From: Candidatus Saccharimonadota bacterium
GTDB taxonomy: Bacteria > Patescibacteriota > Saccharimonadia > Saccharimonadales > Saccharimonadaceae
Direction: 5' to 3'
Length of the DNA: 32,000 nt
NCBI GenBank assembly: GCA_016700015.1
Contig: CP064995.1
Coordinates: 540,001-572,000, forward strand
Shown here: positions 7,321 through 15,893 of the stretch, in pieces
Position numbering within the stretch: the first letter of the stretch is position 1
How the letters are laid out: each line of letters begins with the position of its first letter
The notes under the pieces: generated by a model
The model's input: only the letters and a program-made list of their open reading frames with translations
What the model was told of the DNA's origin: nothing
Databases searched by the model: none
Program-made: the position numbers and the translations under genes

Positions 7321-9312
7321 GTGCTGCATCAACGCATCTGTGATGCGGTGTTTGTGGTTGCGCTCGCTATTGGCGGTTTTCAGTTATGGCAGCGCTTCGC
7401 TTCGCCCGGGAATATGGATCCGTTGCTCCGTATTCCTGATCTCATCGGTTATGCTGCACTCGGTACTGCAGTAGTTGCTGCAGGCCTGCGGTTTGTATCG
7501 GCTCGCTCAACACGCCTAATCACAAGTATGGTCGCCTACATCGCGCTTTTTATCACCGCAGGTATGCTCGTACTTGGTACGGGTGGTGCTAGCTCAAAGT
7601 ATCTCTCGGTGTGGGTGGTTGTCGCTCTGTTTGCGCCGCTATTCGGCACTGTTATCACGGTAGCTTGCCTAGCTGCTGCCGTGGCTTTCATTGTGCTACA
7701 ATACACCACCGGAGTGATCGCTATAGGAGGGTTGGTCGCCCTATCGCTTGCCGCTATTATACCCCTCATTGTTGGGCTGCTGGCCTGGGGCTTCGATGAC
7801 AAACCCGACACAGGCCAGACCGAAGAAGACAAATCATACAGCGAACTTGCTAATGAGCTTAGTCAGGTCGCAGGGAAATCTGAAGTAGTGATTAACGCCA
7901 TTGCCGATGGCGTATTAGCACTTGATAGCAAGGGAACAATCCAGCTTATCAACCCAGCAGCGCAACAGCTTATCGGCTGGACAAAACATGACGCACTGAG
8001 CCTCAGTTACAAGTCTGTTCTCAAAATTATCAATATCAAAAATGAGATTGTCAGCGAGTCGGAAGATCCAATCATAAAGGCCCTGTCTACCAACAAACAA
8101 GTATTCACTGATCAACTAAGTCTCCAGACCAATTCTGGTAAAAACTTTATCGCATCAATCTCGGTATCACCGGTCGGCCAGCTCGGCAAGGGTGTAATTG
8201 TGGTATTTCGTGACGTGACAAACGAAAAATCAGATGAGCGCCAGCGAGCCGAATTTATCAGCACCGCCAGTCATGAGATGCGTACTCCGGTGGCCAGTAT
8301 CGAAGGCTACCTGGGGCTTGCGCTCAATCCAGCAACAGCGCAAATTGATGCCAAAGCCCGTGATTTTATCACCAAAGCCCATGAGTCGGCTCAACATCTT
8401 GGTCATCTATTCCAAGACCTACTCGACGTCAGTAAGGCCGATGATGGCCGCATGCAAAACAACCCTACGGTGATTGATGTTATTCCCTTTATGCACGAAG
8501 TCGTGACCGCCCTGACACCAAAAGCTGCAGCTAAAAACCTACGCATTACCTACAAGCCAGCGCCCGATGGCGATGTACATGATGAACTTTCCAAGCGGCT
8601 CAACCCCGTATATTACGTCAATGTTGACCGCGATCATCTGCGTGAAGTCTGTGACAACCTCGTTGAAAACGCCATCAAATACACGCCTCAGGGAGAAGTG
8701 GTGGTCGATGTTGGTGGCGACCAGGCCCATGTTGTCATTACTATCCAGGACACAGGTATTGGTATACCAAAAGAAGACCAAGCGCATTTATTCCAAAAGT
8801 TTTACCGCGTCGATAACAGTGACACCCGCGAGATTGGCGGTACCGGCCTCGGTCTCTACCTCTGTCGAAAATTAACCGAAACGATGGGGGGGCGTATATG
8901 GATAGAGAGTGAATATAAAAAGGGCAGTACATTCTTCGTCGAGCTACCACGGCTTGACCACGATGAAGCACAGCGGCTAATTGAACAGGCAAGTATACTC
9001 GCCGAACAGCAAGCAAACCAAGAAGCCCAAAAAGCGGCCGAAGAATCGATAGCCGTCCAACAAGCCCAAATGGCGCAAATGAATACCACCAACTCATTCA
9101 CGCCGCCAGTAGCGCCAATAGCCACACCAGTTCCGACTCAAGCGCCCCCAGTGGTGCAGCCATCTCAAGTACCCGTACAAGTAGTAGCAGCACCCGTAGC
9201 CCAACCGCCTTCACCCCCCAACACACCCCTTTCGATCATAGAAGCAAACCCTAGCGGCTACACAACACGTCCGCCTGCAAGTGGAGTTTCTATCCCACCT
9301 AGGCAACAATAA
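7321..9312 (+). CDS. Sensor histidine kinase (multi-TM N-terminus, PAS, HisKA, HATPase_c) with a Pro/Gln-rich C-terminal tail
   Basis: H-box FISTASHEMRTPVASIEGY, N-box ENAIKYTP, G-boxes IQDTGIGIP and GGTGLGLYLC, and a PAS-like VINAIADGVLALDSKGTIQLINPAAQQLIGW. The start is uncertain: GTG at 7321 has no SD, and the frame is open from 7288. Confidence 0.9.
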   Translation: MLHQRICDAVFVVALAIGGFQLWQRFASPGNMDPLLRIPDLIGYAALGTAVVAAGLRFVSARSTRLITSMVAYIALFITAGMLVLGTGGASSKYLSVWVVVALFAPLFGTVITVACLAAAVAFIVLQYTTGVIAIGGLVALSLAAIIPLIVGLLAWGFDDKPDTGQTEEDKSYSELANELSQVAGKSEVVINAIADGVLALDSKGTIQLINPAAQQLIGWTKHDALSLSYKSVLKIINIKNEIVSESEDPIIKALSTNKQVFTDQLSLQTNSGKNFIASISVSPVGQLGKGVIVVFRDVTNEKSDERQRAEFISTASHEMRTPVASIEGYLGLALNPATAQIDAKARDFITKAHESAQHLGHLFQDLLDVSKADDGRMQNNPTVIDVIPFMHEVVTALTPKAAAKNLRITYKPAPDGDVHDELSKRLNPVYYVNVDRDHLREVCDNLVENAIKYTPQGEVVVDVGGDQAHVVITIQDTGIGIPKEDQAHLFQKFYRVDNSDTREIGGTGLGLYLCRKLTETMGGRIWIESEYKKGSTFFVELPRLDHDEAQRLIEQASILAEQQANQEAQKAAEESIAVQQAQMAQMNTTNSFTPPVAPIATPVPTQAPPVVQPSQVPVQVVAAPVAQPPSPPNTPLSIIEANPSGYTTRPPASGVSIPPRQQ

Positions 9313-9364
9313 CCACAAGAAGTATGGTATTTTACTCCACCTTTGGATACAATAGAAAGTAATT

Positions 9365-10348
9365 ATGGCAAAAATTCTGCTTGTAGAAGATGACAAAAGC
9401 CTCCGAGAAATCTATGGGGTACGGCTATTAGCCGAGGGCTACGATATCGTATCGGCTGGTGACGGAGAAGAAGCGCTAGCAATGGCAATCAAAGACCGTC
9501 CTGATTTGATCGTCAGTGACGTGATGATGCCCAAAATCAGTGGCTTCGATATGCTTGACATTCTGCGATCTACCACTGAAACCAAGGGCATAAAAGTAAT
9601 TATGATGACAGCGCTTTCAAGCGAGGACCAGCGTCAGCGCGGGGTAGCGCTTGGTGCCGATCGTTATCTGGTCAAATCGCAGGTTGGGATTGAAGACGTT
9701 GTACGTACCGTTCACGAAGTGCTGGCCGACGCGCCAGTCACCGCTCCCACGCTGCTTTCGACCACGCCAAGCCCGGCAACTCCTGCGCCCGCACCTACCG
9801 CCTCGTCGCCAGCACCTGTCAGTCTGCCGCAGCCCCCCGTAGCTCCTCTTCCAGTTAGCCCCGCACCCGTCCAGCCCGTCGCGGCACCCGTTGTACCACC
9901 GCAACCTCCCGCGACCACAAGCACACCCACGTTAGTCACGCCACCACCCACTCCAGTAGTAGCACAGCCCACACCAACTCCTACACCCGCACCTGCCAGT
10001 AGTACACTGCCACAGCCATCAGCACCATTCTCCACCCCTCGTAACACACTTGCCGATAGAGTCATTGAGCCACTTACACAAAACAGTGGTAATCAGCCAC
10101 CAGATTTTGGTCATATGATGAACCAAGAACTCGCCCAGGCAAACCCTAATCCTTTTTCCGAAAAACCCGCAGTAGAACCCGGTTCGACTAGTACAAACAT
10201 TCCACCCGCACCACCATCGGCGATTGCAATGCCCGCATCAGCCCCACCGGTTCCATCTGGTCTCAGTTTTGAAGAAACACCACGCCCAGCCAACAGCGCT
10301 ACGCCACCACTCCCACCAGCCCCCCAACCGCCTAACCCGGGTGTATAA
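9365..10348 (+). CDS. Response regulator: CheY-like receiver only, followed by an about 205-aa proline-rich low-complexity tail with no recognisable output domain
   Basis: Receiver motifs are LLVEDD, DLIVSDVMMPKISG, MMTALS and LVKS. From residue 123 onward the sequence is PAPAPTASSPAPVSLPQPPVAPLPVSPAPVQPVAAPVVPPQPP... Confidence 0.9.
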   Translation: MAKILLVEDDKSLREIYGVRLLAEGYDIVSAGDGEEALAMAIKDRPDLIVSDVMMPKISGFDMLDILRSTTETKGIKVIMMTALSSEDQRQRGVALGADRYLVKSQVGIEDVVRTVHEVLADAPVTAPTLLSTTPSPATPAPAPTASSPAPVSLPQPPVAPLPVSPAPVQPVAAPVVPPQPPATTSTPTLVTPPPTPVVAQPTPTPTPAPASSTLPQPSAPFSTPRNTLADRVIEPLTQNSGNQPPDFGHMMNQELAQANPNPFSEKPAVEPGSTSTNIPPAPPSAIAMPASAPPVPSGLSFEETPRPANSATPPLPPAPQPPNPGV

Positions 10349-10356
10349 TCATTTCC

Positions 10357-11046
10357 GTGTCTCCTGCTGAATCTCGCCTCAATAAATACCTAGCCTTACA
10401 GCTAGGTATCTCGCGCCGCGAAGCCGACAATCTCATCAACACTGGCACGGTTACTGTTAATGGCAAGGTGGCGGAACTAGGCGGCAGGGTTACGCCTGGT
10501 GATACGGTTGTCGTCGCCGAGACAATACTGAAGCCAGATGCCGTCGCCCACAGCTATGTCGCGTTTAACAAGCCACGCGGCTATGTGTGCTCGCGTCGCG
10601 CCCAGGGGAGCAATGAGACGATTTATGCCTTGCTTCCTAAGGGTTTTCACACCCTCAAACCTGTTGGTCGACTCGACAAAGACAGCTCTGGACTTTTACT
10701 ACTCACGAATGATGGTGATTTTGCCTACCAGATGACACATCCAAAATTTCGTAAGACAAAGGTCTATTCGCTTCGCCTCAACAAACCACTCGAACCGCTT
10801 CATCAGCAAATGATCGCCGATATTGGCATCAGCCTCGACGATGGGCGAAGTCAGTTGGGACTAACACGCCTTGGTGATGATCGCAAGGAGTGGGAGGTGA
10901 CAATGAGTGAAGGTCGCAATCGACAAATCCGTCGTACTTTCAGTGCCCTTGGCTACACTGTCACTCGTCTCCACCGTACTCAGTTTGGTCCCTATGCGCT
11001 TGGTGATATAAAACGCGGTGCCTGGAAAATAGTGACTATTCACTAG
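10357..11046 (+). CDS. Pseudouridine synthase, RsuA/RluB family, with an N-terminal S4 domain
   Basis: S4-like RLNKYLALQLGISRREADNLINTGTVTVNGK, the catalytic motif GRLDKDSSGLLLLTNDG, and GRNRQIRR. GTG start. Confidence 0.9.
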   Translation: MSPAESRLNKYLALQLGISRREADNLINTGTVTVNGKVAELGGRVTPGDTVVVAETILKPDAVAHSYVAFNKPRGYVCSRRAQGSNETIYALLPKGFHTLKPVGRLDKDSSGLLLLTNDGDFAYQMTHPKFRKTKVYSLRLNKPLEPLHQQMIADIGISLDDGRSQLGLTRLGDDRKEWEVTMSEGRNRQIRRTFSALGYTVTRLHRTQFGPYALGDIKRGAWKIVTIH

Positions 11047-11205
11047 GTGGTATAGTCGTCGTAAAACGAGTGTGAACCTGTGTTGATGCTAGTATTTCGT
11101 CATGTTATTACCAAAACATCAACCATTCGCAAGCTCGGTTATAGCCGAAATTATTTTGCCTTTACCCCTTAATTTAGATATTGTATATATTACACTAATA
11201 TACTA

Positions 11206-11234
11206 TTGACTTTTGATGGTAAGTACTGAATAAT
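11206..11234 (+). promoter_or_regulatory. Sigma70-type promoter TTGACT-17-AATAAT
   Basis: It lies in the AT-rich spacer, about 100 nt upstream of the 11342 start. That start has a strong AGAGGTGAGGTG Shine-Dalgarno sequence. Confidence 0.5.
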
Positions 11235-11341
11235 TAATACCAGCAAAAAGCAGTGCCGAACATAGCACCCGTGGTGGGGAGCGATTTTTTGCGCTCATTC
11301 ACAACCCGGCCGAAAACCAACACAGAAAAGAGGTGAGGTGA

Positions 11342-12148
11342 ATGGTTATCACGGGCACAAAATCCCCGTATACAGTCATTGCGCCGCTCGCCCACACCAC
11401 GTCGCACCGTCTCTACATCTGCAAGGATGGCACGGGAAACTTGAGATTGCTGCAAATCGCAGTCACTAGGGGCGCGAATGGAGGACTTGGGCGCGGTGCC
11501 TACATACTGGGGCAGCTCACCGCTGAGTCTCAGCGACTCGATACGCTCTATGCTACCAAGCATGATGGCAAGCACTTGCACTACGACCGGCTCTTCCCTG
11601 AGCTAGTCGAGTCATTTGTTTCGCCCACACAAGACAAACGCCGGGTGAATATTCTGGCGTTTACTGATGTGACAGATGTCGCTAGCCTAGTGCCGTTTTC
11701 CAACCTGCGCACGCGTGACCAAGTCCGTCTGGACCTGAAAACGAGTGCGTGGGTGATGGGGCGACTCTTGAAACTGCAGACGTTTGTACACGCACAGGGC
11801 GTTGGTATCCGGGCTATTCGTTCGGATAACATCTTGCTCGACCCGAGCAAGCACTTCGCGATCGTGCTCGACTGGTCATCCGCGAGGATGTACCAGCAAG
11901 CCATTGAACGTGAAGGGGCAATGTCTGATATCGCTTCGGCCGCCAGTGCGGTGATGGCGAGTATCGGTGGTACGTCACATGGCGTCTCGTATGAACTCGA
12001 CGAAGCCGAGGTACGCTATGTCGCACTCCTACGCCAGCTTGGCGACGGGGCTGTGACTGATGCGATAACCGCCCATAGCCAGTTCTACGAGCTGGTGCGG
12101 GATATTTGGCCCAACGAATTCCACCCATTCACCACACTGCCGCTCTAG
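11342..12148 (+). CDS. Protein-kinase-like fold protein with degenerate catalytic residues (candidate pseudokinase)
   Basis: IRAIRSDNILLD aligns with the HRDLKPENILLD catalytic loop: Arg and Asn are kept, the catalytic Asp is Ala. VLDWSSA aligns with the DFG region (Asp kept). The N-lobe LRLLQIA has Gln where the VAIK Lys would be. Alignment was done by eye. Confidence 0.55.
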   Translation: MVITGTKSPYTVIAPLAHTTSHRLYICKDGTGNLRLLQIAVTRGANGGLGRGAYILGQLTAESQRLDTLYATKHDGKHLHYDRLFPELVESFVSPTQDKRRVNILAFTDVTDVASLVPFSNLRTRDQVRLDLKTSAWVMGRLLKLQTFVHAQGVGIRAIRSDNILLDPSKHFAIVLDWSSARMYQQAIEREGAMSDIASAASAVMASIGGTSHGVSYELDEAEVRYVALLRQLGDGAVTDAITAHSQFYELVRDIWPNEFHPFTTLPL

Positions 12149-12223
12149 AGCGGCCCCAACCGAAAGGAAGCGTCATGGGTTACCGACGATTCACCGAAGC
12201 CTCATACACCACGTCGTACAGCG

Positions 12224-12252
12224 ATTATACCATTTATGTATATTTATGTCAA
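12224..12252 (-). promoter_or_regulatory. Perfect consensus promoter TTGACA-17(TGn)-TATAAT pointing antisense, with no ORF downstream
   Basis: The rc of 12247-12252 is TTGACA and the rc of 12224-12229 is TATAAT. The spacer is exactly 17 nt and ends in TGG (extended -10). Confidence 0.6.
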
Positions 12253-12284
12253 TACTGCTCATGCTCGTAATAGGGGTAAAACTC

Positions 12285-12293
12285 TGGTATAAT
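12285..12293 (+). promoter_or_regulatory. Extended -10 promoter (TGgTATAAT) for der, near-leaderless
   Basis: TATAAT at 12288-12293 is 9 nt before the der ATG at 12303, with no SD. Confidence 0.45.
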
Positions 12294-12302
12294 TAAGCAA
12301 CT

Positions 12303-13703
12303 ATGGCATCACGACTCCCAACAGTTGCAATCATCGGGCGAGCGAATGCGGGCAAAAGCTCGCTGTTTAACCGTATGGTGCGTGCTCAGCAGGCGATTGT
12401 GGCTCGCGAGGCCGGCACCACGCGCGACAACGTAATCGGTAAAGTAGAGCACCAGTATCATCAATTCTGGCTCGTCGATACCGCCGGACTAAAAAACGCC
12501 CAAGACGAGTTTGAAGCGACAATCCAGGACCAGATCGAAGAAGCAGCCGCCGCCGCAGATGTCATACTGGTCGTAGTCGATAGCACACAGTACCCTGGCG
12601 ACGAAGACCGCTTAGTAGCCAAAAAGGCTTTGAAGAGTAAAAAGCCAGTTATTCTCATTACTAACAAAGCCGACCTACGCGAAGCGCTGCACGACAGCGA
12701 ATTTCAGCGACTTGGTATCAAGCCAATTATTCGTACCAGTGCCGAACACGGTAGCGGCGTCAGCGATGTACTCGACGAAATCATCACCCATATTCCTGCT
12801 GGCCACGAAGCTATGCCCGACGATACACTACGTATTGCACTGATTGGCCGCCCCAATGTCGGCAAAAGTTACTTGTTTAACACGCTTGCGGGTAAGCAGC
12901 AGGCGATTGTGGCCAATGTTGCCGGCACCACCCGCGACCTCAACCGCGTCAGTGTGACCTACCATGGGCAAGCAATTGAACTCATCGATACGGCCGGTAT
13001 CCGTCGCCAGGGCAAACAAGAAGTTGGTATCGAGAAGTTTAGCGTTCTGCGCACCCTCGCCGCCATCGAAGAATCAGATATTTGCTTGTTGCTGATGGAT
13101 GTTACCGAACTCAACACGCAGCTCGATCAGCGGCTTGCCGGCATGATTGCCGAAGCAGGCAAGGGGCTGGTGCTGGTGGTCAGCAAGTGGGACGCCGTCG
13201 AAGGCAAAGATGCTTACACGCGTGATGCGATCGCGCCTAAAATTGCCACCAGCTTCGACTTTGTACCCTGGGCGCCACTTATCTTCACCAGTAGTGTTAC
13301 GGGGCAAAATGTCACCAAACTCTACGATCTCGCCCTCGATATTCGTGCCCGCCGCGACCAAGATACCAAAACCAGGGTACTCAATGACATGCTGCAACAG
13401 GCAGTGGCAAAACACCCCCCGGCTGGGCTAAAAAACACTCACCCCAAACTCCGTTACATCGTGCAAACCGATAAAGACCCACCATGGTTTGTTATTCACG
13501 GGAGCAACCTCAAATTTGTACACTGGAGCTACAAACGCTACCTCGAGCGCTTGCTGCGCGAAACCTACAGCTACGCGGGCGTACCGATAAAATTTAGTTT
13601 CCGCGACGAAAAACAGATCAAAAAGAATGACGAGCGGGTGAAGCGCGGCCTCGAACCCGTCACCAAAACCTATAAACAGCGAAAAAACGCCGAAAAAAAA
13701 TAA
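12303..13703 (+). CDS. der: Ribosome-associated GTPase Der (EngA)
   Basis: Two tandem GTPase domains (GRANAGKSSLFN...DTAG...NKAD and GRPNVGKSYLFN...DTAG...SKWD) plus a KH-like, basic C-terminus. Confidence 0.95.
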   Translation: MASRLPTVAIIGRANAGKSSLFNRMVRAQQAIVAREAGTTRDNVIGKVEHQYHQFWLVDTAGLKNAQDEFEATIQDQIEEAAAAADVILVVVDSTQYPGDEDRLVAKKALKSKKPVILITNKADLREALHDSEFQRLGIKPIIRTSAEHGSGVSDVLDEIITHIPAGHEAMPDDTLRIALIGRPNVGKSYLFNTLAGKQQAIVANVAGTTRDLNRVSVTYHGQAIELIDTAGIRRQGKQEVGIEKFSVLRTLAAIEESDICLLLMDVTELNTQLDQRLAGMIAEAGKGLVLVVSKWDAVEGKDAYTRDAIAPKIATSFDFVPWAPLIFTSSVTGQNVTKLYDLALDIRARRDQDTKTRVLNDMLQQAVAKHPPAGLKNTHPKLRYIVQTDKDPPWFVIHGSNLKFVHWSYKRYLERLLRETYSYAGVPIKFSFRDEKQIKKNDERVKRGLEPVTKTYKQRKNAEKK

Positions 13704-13725
13704 CCCCGCCATATTTCAGACGGGG
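13693..13725 (-). terminator. Rho-independent terminator for the minus-strand operon, overlapping the der 3' end
   Basis: CCCCG-N12-CGGGG hairpin at 13704-13725. On the minus strand it is followed by TTATTTTTTTT, which is the complement of the last der codons. Confidence 0.55.
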
Positions 13726-13731
13726 AGTTAG

Positions 13732-14073
13732 CTACTGCTGTCGCAGCTGCTCGATCACCTGATCGAGCGTCAAGCCCTCTGGGCCGAAGTTCGCAGCGTG
13801 GCGCTGCGCATCAACGTACAGGGTATAGCGCAGTTCATAACGCATACCCTGGTATAGGACGACAACCAGCAGTAGCATCGCCACAATACTGACAGTGATC
13901 ATCAGCCAAGAGCCAGCGATAAAGCTAGCCGGCACCACGATGACCATAAATACCACCAGCAGGCCCATACAGGCACCCATCAACTGACGAACGAGCCGCT
14001 GCCAGCCCTTTTTGGGAGTGGCCAGCAACCGCTGCCAGCTTTCGACTTGCGCGATCTCACTCTCGTCATTCAT
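13732..14073 (-). CDS. Small membrane protein (2 TM), unknown function
   Basis: 113 aa with GGAGGTAGCG directly upstream. TM hairpin LMGACMGLLVVFMVIVVPASFIAGSWLMITVSIVAMLLLVVVL. Confidence 0.65.
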   Translation of the reverse strand: MNDESEIAQVESWQRLLATPKKGWQRLVRQLMGACMGLLVVFMVIVVPASFIAGSWLMITVSIVAMLLLVVVLYQGMRYELRYTLYVDAQRHAANFGPEGLTLDQVIEQLRQQ

Positions 14074-14075
14074 CG

Positions 14076-14252
14076 CTACCTCCGCAGCCCTAGTAGGTTG
14101 TCGAACAGGATAGCGATCGAACGGAGCACTGTCTCAACGACACCTGCGATCGTTTTGATCCACCCACCCACCATGGCGGGCTCCTTGATGGTAGCGTATG
14201 CCAGGTAGGCAAGCGCCAGTGTCACGACGATACGTATCACCACTTTCTTCAT
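14076..14252 (-). CDS. 58-aa small membrane protein, below the ORF-track size cutoff
   Basis: MKKVVIRIVVTLALAYLAYATIKEPAMVGGWIKTIAGVVETVLRSIAILFDNLLGLRR. GGAGGTAGC lies immediately upstream of the ATG. Its TAG stop is embedded in the next gene's GGAGGTAGCG-ATG, which suggests translational coupling. Confidence 0.55.
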   Translation of the reverse strand: MKKVVIRIVVTLALAYLAYATIKEPAMVGGWIKTIAGVVETVLRSIAILFDNLLGLRR

Positions 14253-14295
14253 GCTACCTCCAGCCTGTAGGAGAGAAAAGCTAAAGAATATTACT

Positions 14296-14324
14296 ATAAT
14301 ACATTATTAATTATAATATGTCAA
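14296..14324 (-). promoter_or_regulatory. Sigma70-type promoter TTGACA-17-TATTAT
   Basis: The rc of 14319-14324 is TTGACA and the rc of 14296-14301 is TATTAT. It lies about 40 nt upstream of the 14252 start. Confidence 0.55.
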
Positions 14325-14373
14325 ATGAAACGTCCGCCGCTCCCCACTAGGGAAACGACGGACTGATATGTGG

Positions 14374-14916
14374 CTATCTCCACTGGACGATGCCACGCCA
14401 CCGCTGCGACACAGGGGTTTCTTGTGGTTCATCAGCAACGGCAGTATGTGCTGTCGCAGCTACCAGACCGTGTGCGGCGTGGAGCTGCTGGTTGAGCGTC
14501 CCGGGCTGAGACGCAGTGCGGCGGGCATCGCGTCTCAGCCATAGGTACGCAGCGAGGAGTATTGCTGCACCAACTGCCACCGTGACTATGCTTTCAGCAT
14601 ACTCGCTAATCCAGCGAGCGGTGCCAATAGCAGCAGTGACGAGCACTACAGCAAGAAGTACAAGTGAGCCGATAAACATGGCCCACACTAGGAGTGCTGG
14701 CGTCAGTAATGGCACCTGCCAAAACTTTTTCTTGCCGTTCTCCCGGTAGGGAATACGGACAATCCACACCAGCGACAAACCACGTGGCCTCCAGCTGCCA
14801 AGCCAAGCGACGATGCCCACATCGAGCAACGTACCTAGTGGCGGAAGCACGTAGAGAATCTTTGCACTCACCGCCAGGGCCATCATCCACTGTGCGTACA
14901 GCGTTAATCCGGTCAT
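14374..14916 (-). CDS. Membrane protein (about 4 TM), unknown function
   Basis: The track ORF 14374-15237 is trimmed here to the Met at 14916 (MTGLTLYAQWMMALAV...). GGAGA lies about 8 nt upstream of that Met. The discarded N-terminal 107 aa is Arg/Gly/His-rich junk that overlaps a better ORF in another frame. Confidence 0.6.
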   Translation of the reverse strand: MTGLTLYAQWMMALAVSAKILYVLPPLGTLLDVGIVAWLGSWRPRGLSLVWIVRIPYRENGKKKFWQVPLLTPALLVWAMFIGSLVLLAVVLVTAAIGTARWISEYAESIVTVAVGAAILLAAYLWLRRDARRTASQPGTLNQQLHAAHGLVAATAHTAVADEPQETPVSQRWRGIVQWR

Positions 14917-14945
14917 TTGCGGTCTCCGTCTCCTACACTGCGTGT

Positions 14946-15296
14946 CTAATGACGCTCCATCCTCCCCACACTCATATCGCGCAGGTAATCCATGCGCGCC
15001 TCCCATTTGTGGTCGAGGGGTAACGGTTCCACGACGCCGTACTTCTCTTGCCGCTGCGCCGCCTCCAGTGCGTCGCGATAGCAGCGGTCGGCGGCGGTGA
15101 CAGTGCGGGTCAGACGCGCAGCGAGCACCCCAACCACGATCATGATCGGAAGGTACCACAGAGTGCGCGTGACAGTCAGAAGATACAGAGCAACGGCCGT
15201 GGCGGTCCAGGCCAGCGAGATCAAGACGACCATCCATGCGTAGCCAGTCGTACCCTGCCGCAAAGCCTGGGTGGACGTGTTTTCCTGCTGATTCAT
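14946..15296 (-). CDS. Small membrane protein (2 TM plus a helical cytoplasmic tail), unknown function
   Basis: 116 aa with AGGAG 6 nt upstream. TM hairpin YAWMVVLISLAWTATAVALYLL / LWYLPIMIVVGVLAA. Confidence 0.65.
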   Translation of the reverse strand: MNQQENTSTQALRQGTTGYAWMVVLISLAWTATAVALYLLTVTRTLWYLPIMIVVGVLAARLTRTVTAADRCYRDALEAAQRQEKYGVVEPLPLDHKWEARMDYLRDMSVGRMERH

Positions 15297-15351
15297 CGAT
15301 ACTCCTATGTTCGTAGGGGCGTACCCCTATTTTGAAGGGATATTGGTGTAT

Positions 15352-15380
15352 ATTATATCATACTTATTCATATACCACAA
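15352..15380 (-). promoter_or_regulatory. Sigma70-type promoter TTGTGG-17(TGa)-TATAAT
   Basis: The rc of 15375-15380 is TTGTGG and the rc of 15352-15357 is TATAAT. The 5' UTR contains a TAGGGG-tacg-CCCCTA hairpin. Confidence 0.5.
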
Positions 15381-15502
15381 TGGTACATAAGCTTGAATCC
15401 CAAGACCCTTCAAACCACAATAAAGGCGCAGTGCGGCGATGCCCTAATCCTACCGGAAGCAAAAAGCGGTATGGTAAGTGAGGGTTTTATGACTCAGGAT
15501 AT

Positions 15503-15539
15503 AAAAACCCGCCACCTTGCCTTGCGGCTTGGCAGCGGG
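15503..15539 (-). terminator. Rho-independent terminator
   Basis: A 14-bp imperfect stem (minus-strand CCCGCTGCCAAGCC-gcaa-GGCAAGGTGGCGGG) followed by TTTTT. Confidence 0.75.
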
Positions 15540-15566
15540 GAACGAGTGGATTCACTCAGAGGCGGC

Positions 15567-15845
15567 TTACTTCGCTTCCTGGTGCGCCACGTTGAGCTCG
15601 GCGCTCTTGATGCCAACGACCATGCCGTAGATCAACACGGCCAATAGCAGCAGCCAACTGGCCACCGCAACAAGCAGTGGCACAAGACCCCACTCTTCTA
15701 GCAAAATGAGGGTAGTCAGAACCACGCCGATGCCGGCAAACAGCACGGCGACAACCGTGATGCCCGTTCTCTTGCAGGGCGACCCATCTTGCGGGTCAGC
15801 CGCCGCCAGCCATCGAGCAGCCTTCTGATACCATAACATGCGCAA
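15567..15845 (-). CDS. Small membrane protein (2 TM), unknown function
   Basis: 92 aa. TM helices ITVVAVLFAGIGVVLTTLILL and LVPLLVAVASWLLLLAVLIYGMVV. It has its own promoter and terminator. Confidence 0.6.
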   Translation of the reverse strand: MRMLWYQKAARWLAAADPQDGSPCKRTGITVVAVLFAGIGVVLTTLILLEEWGLVPLLVAVASWLLLLAVLIYGMVVGIKSAELNVAHQEAK

Positions 15846-15893
15846 CTCCCATCCCTACGCACCGCCATCTACTAGGCGGTGTCTCTAGTATTT

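Noticed and set aside
9712-10065. Gly-rich 117-aa minus-strand ORF, together with other ORFs overlapping the response-regulator tail.
   Set aside because: It is the reverse-complement artefact of the Pro-rich (CCN) coding region. The sense frame is continuous with a bona fide receiver domain.
14917-15237. N-terminal 107 codons of the track ORF 14374-15237 (minus).
   Set aside because: This part is Arg/Gly/His-rich and non-membrane, and it overlaps the well-formed 116-aa ORF 14946-15296 in another frame. A Met at 14916 with GGAGA about 8 nt upstream, directly after the stop of that ORF, gives a coherent 180-aa membrane protein.
15393-15647. Plus-strand 84-aa ORF between the small-membrane-protein units.
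   Set aside because: It overlaps a minus-strand terminator and the 3' end of the 15567-15845 gene, uses a non-ATG start, and has no SD.
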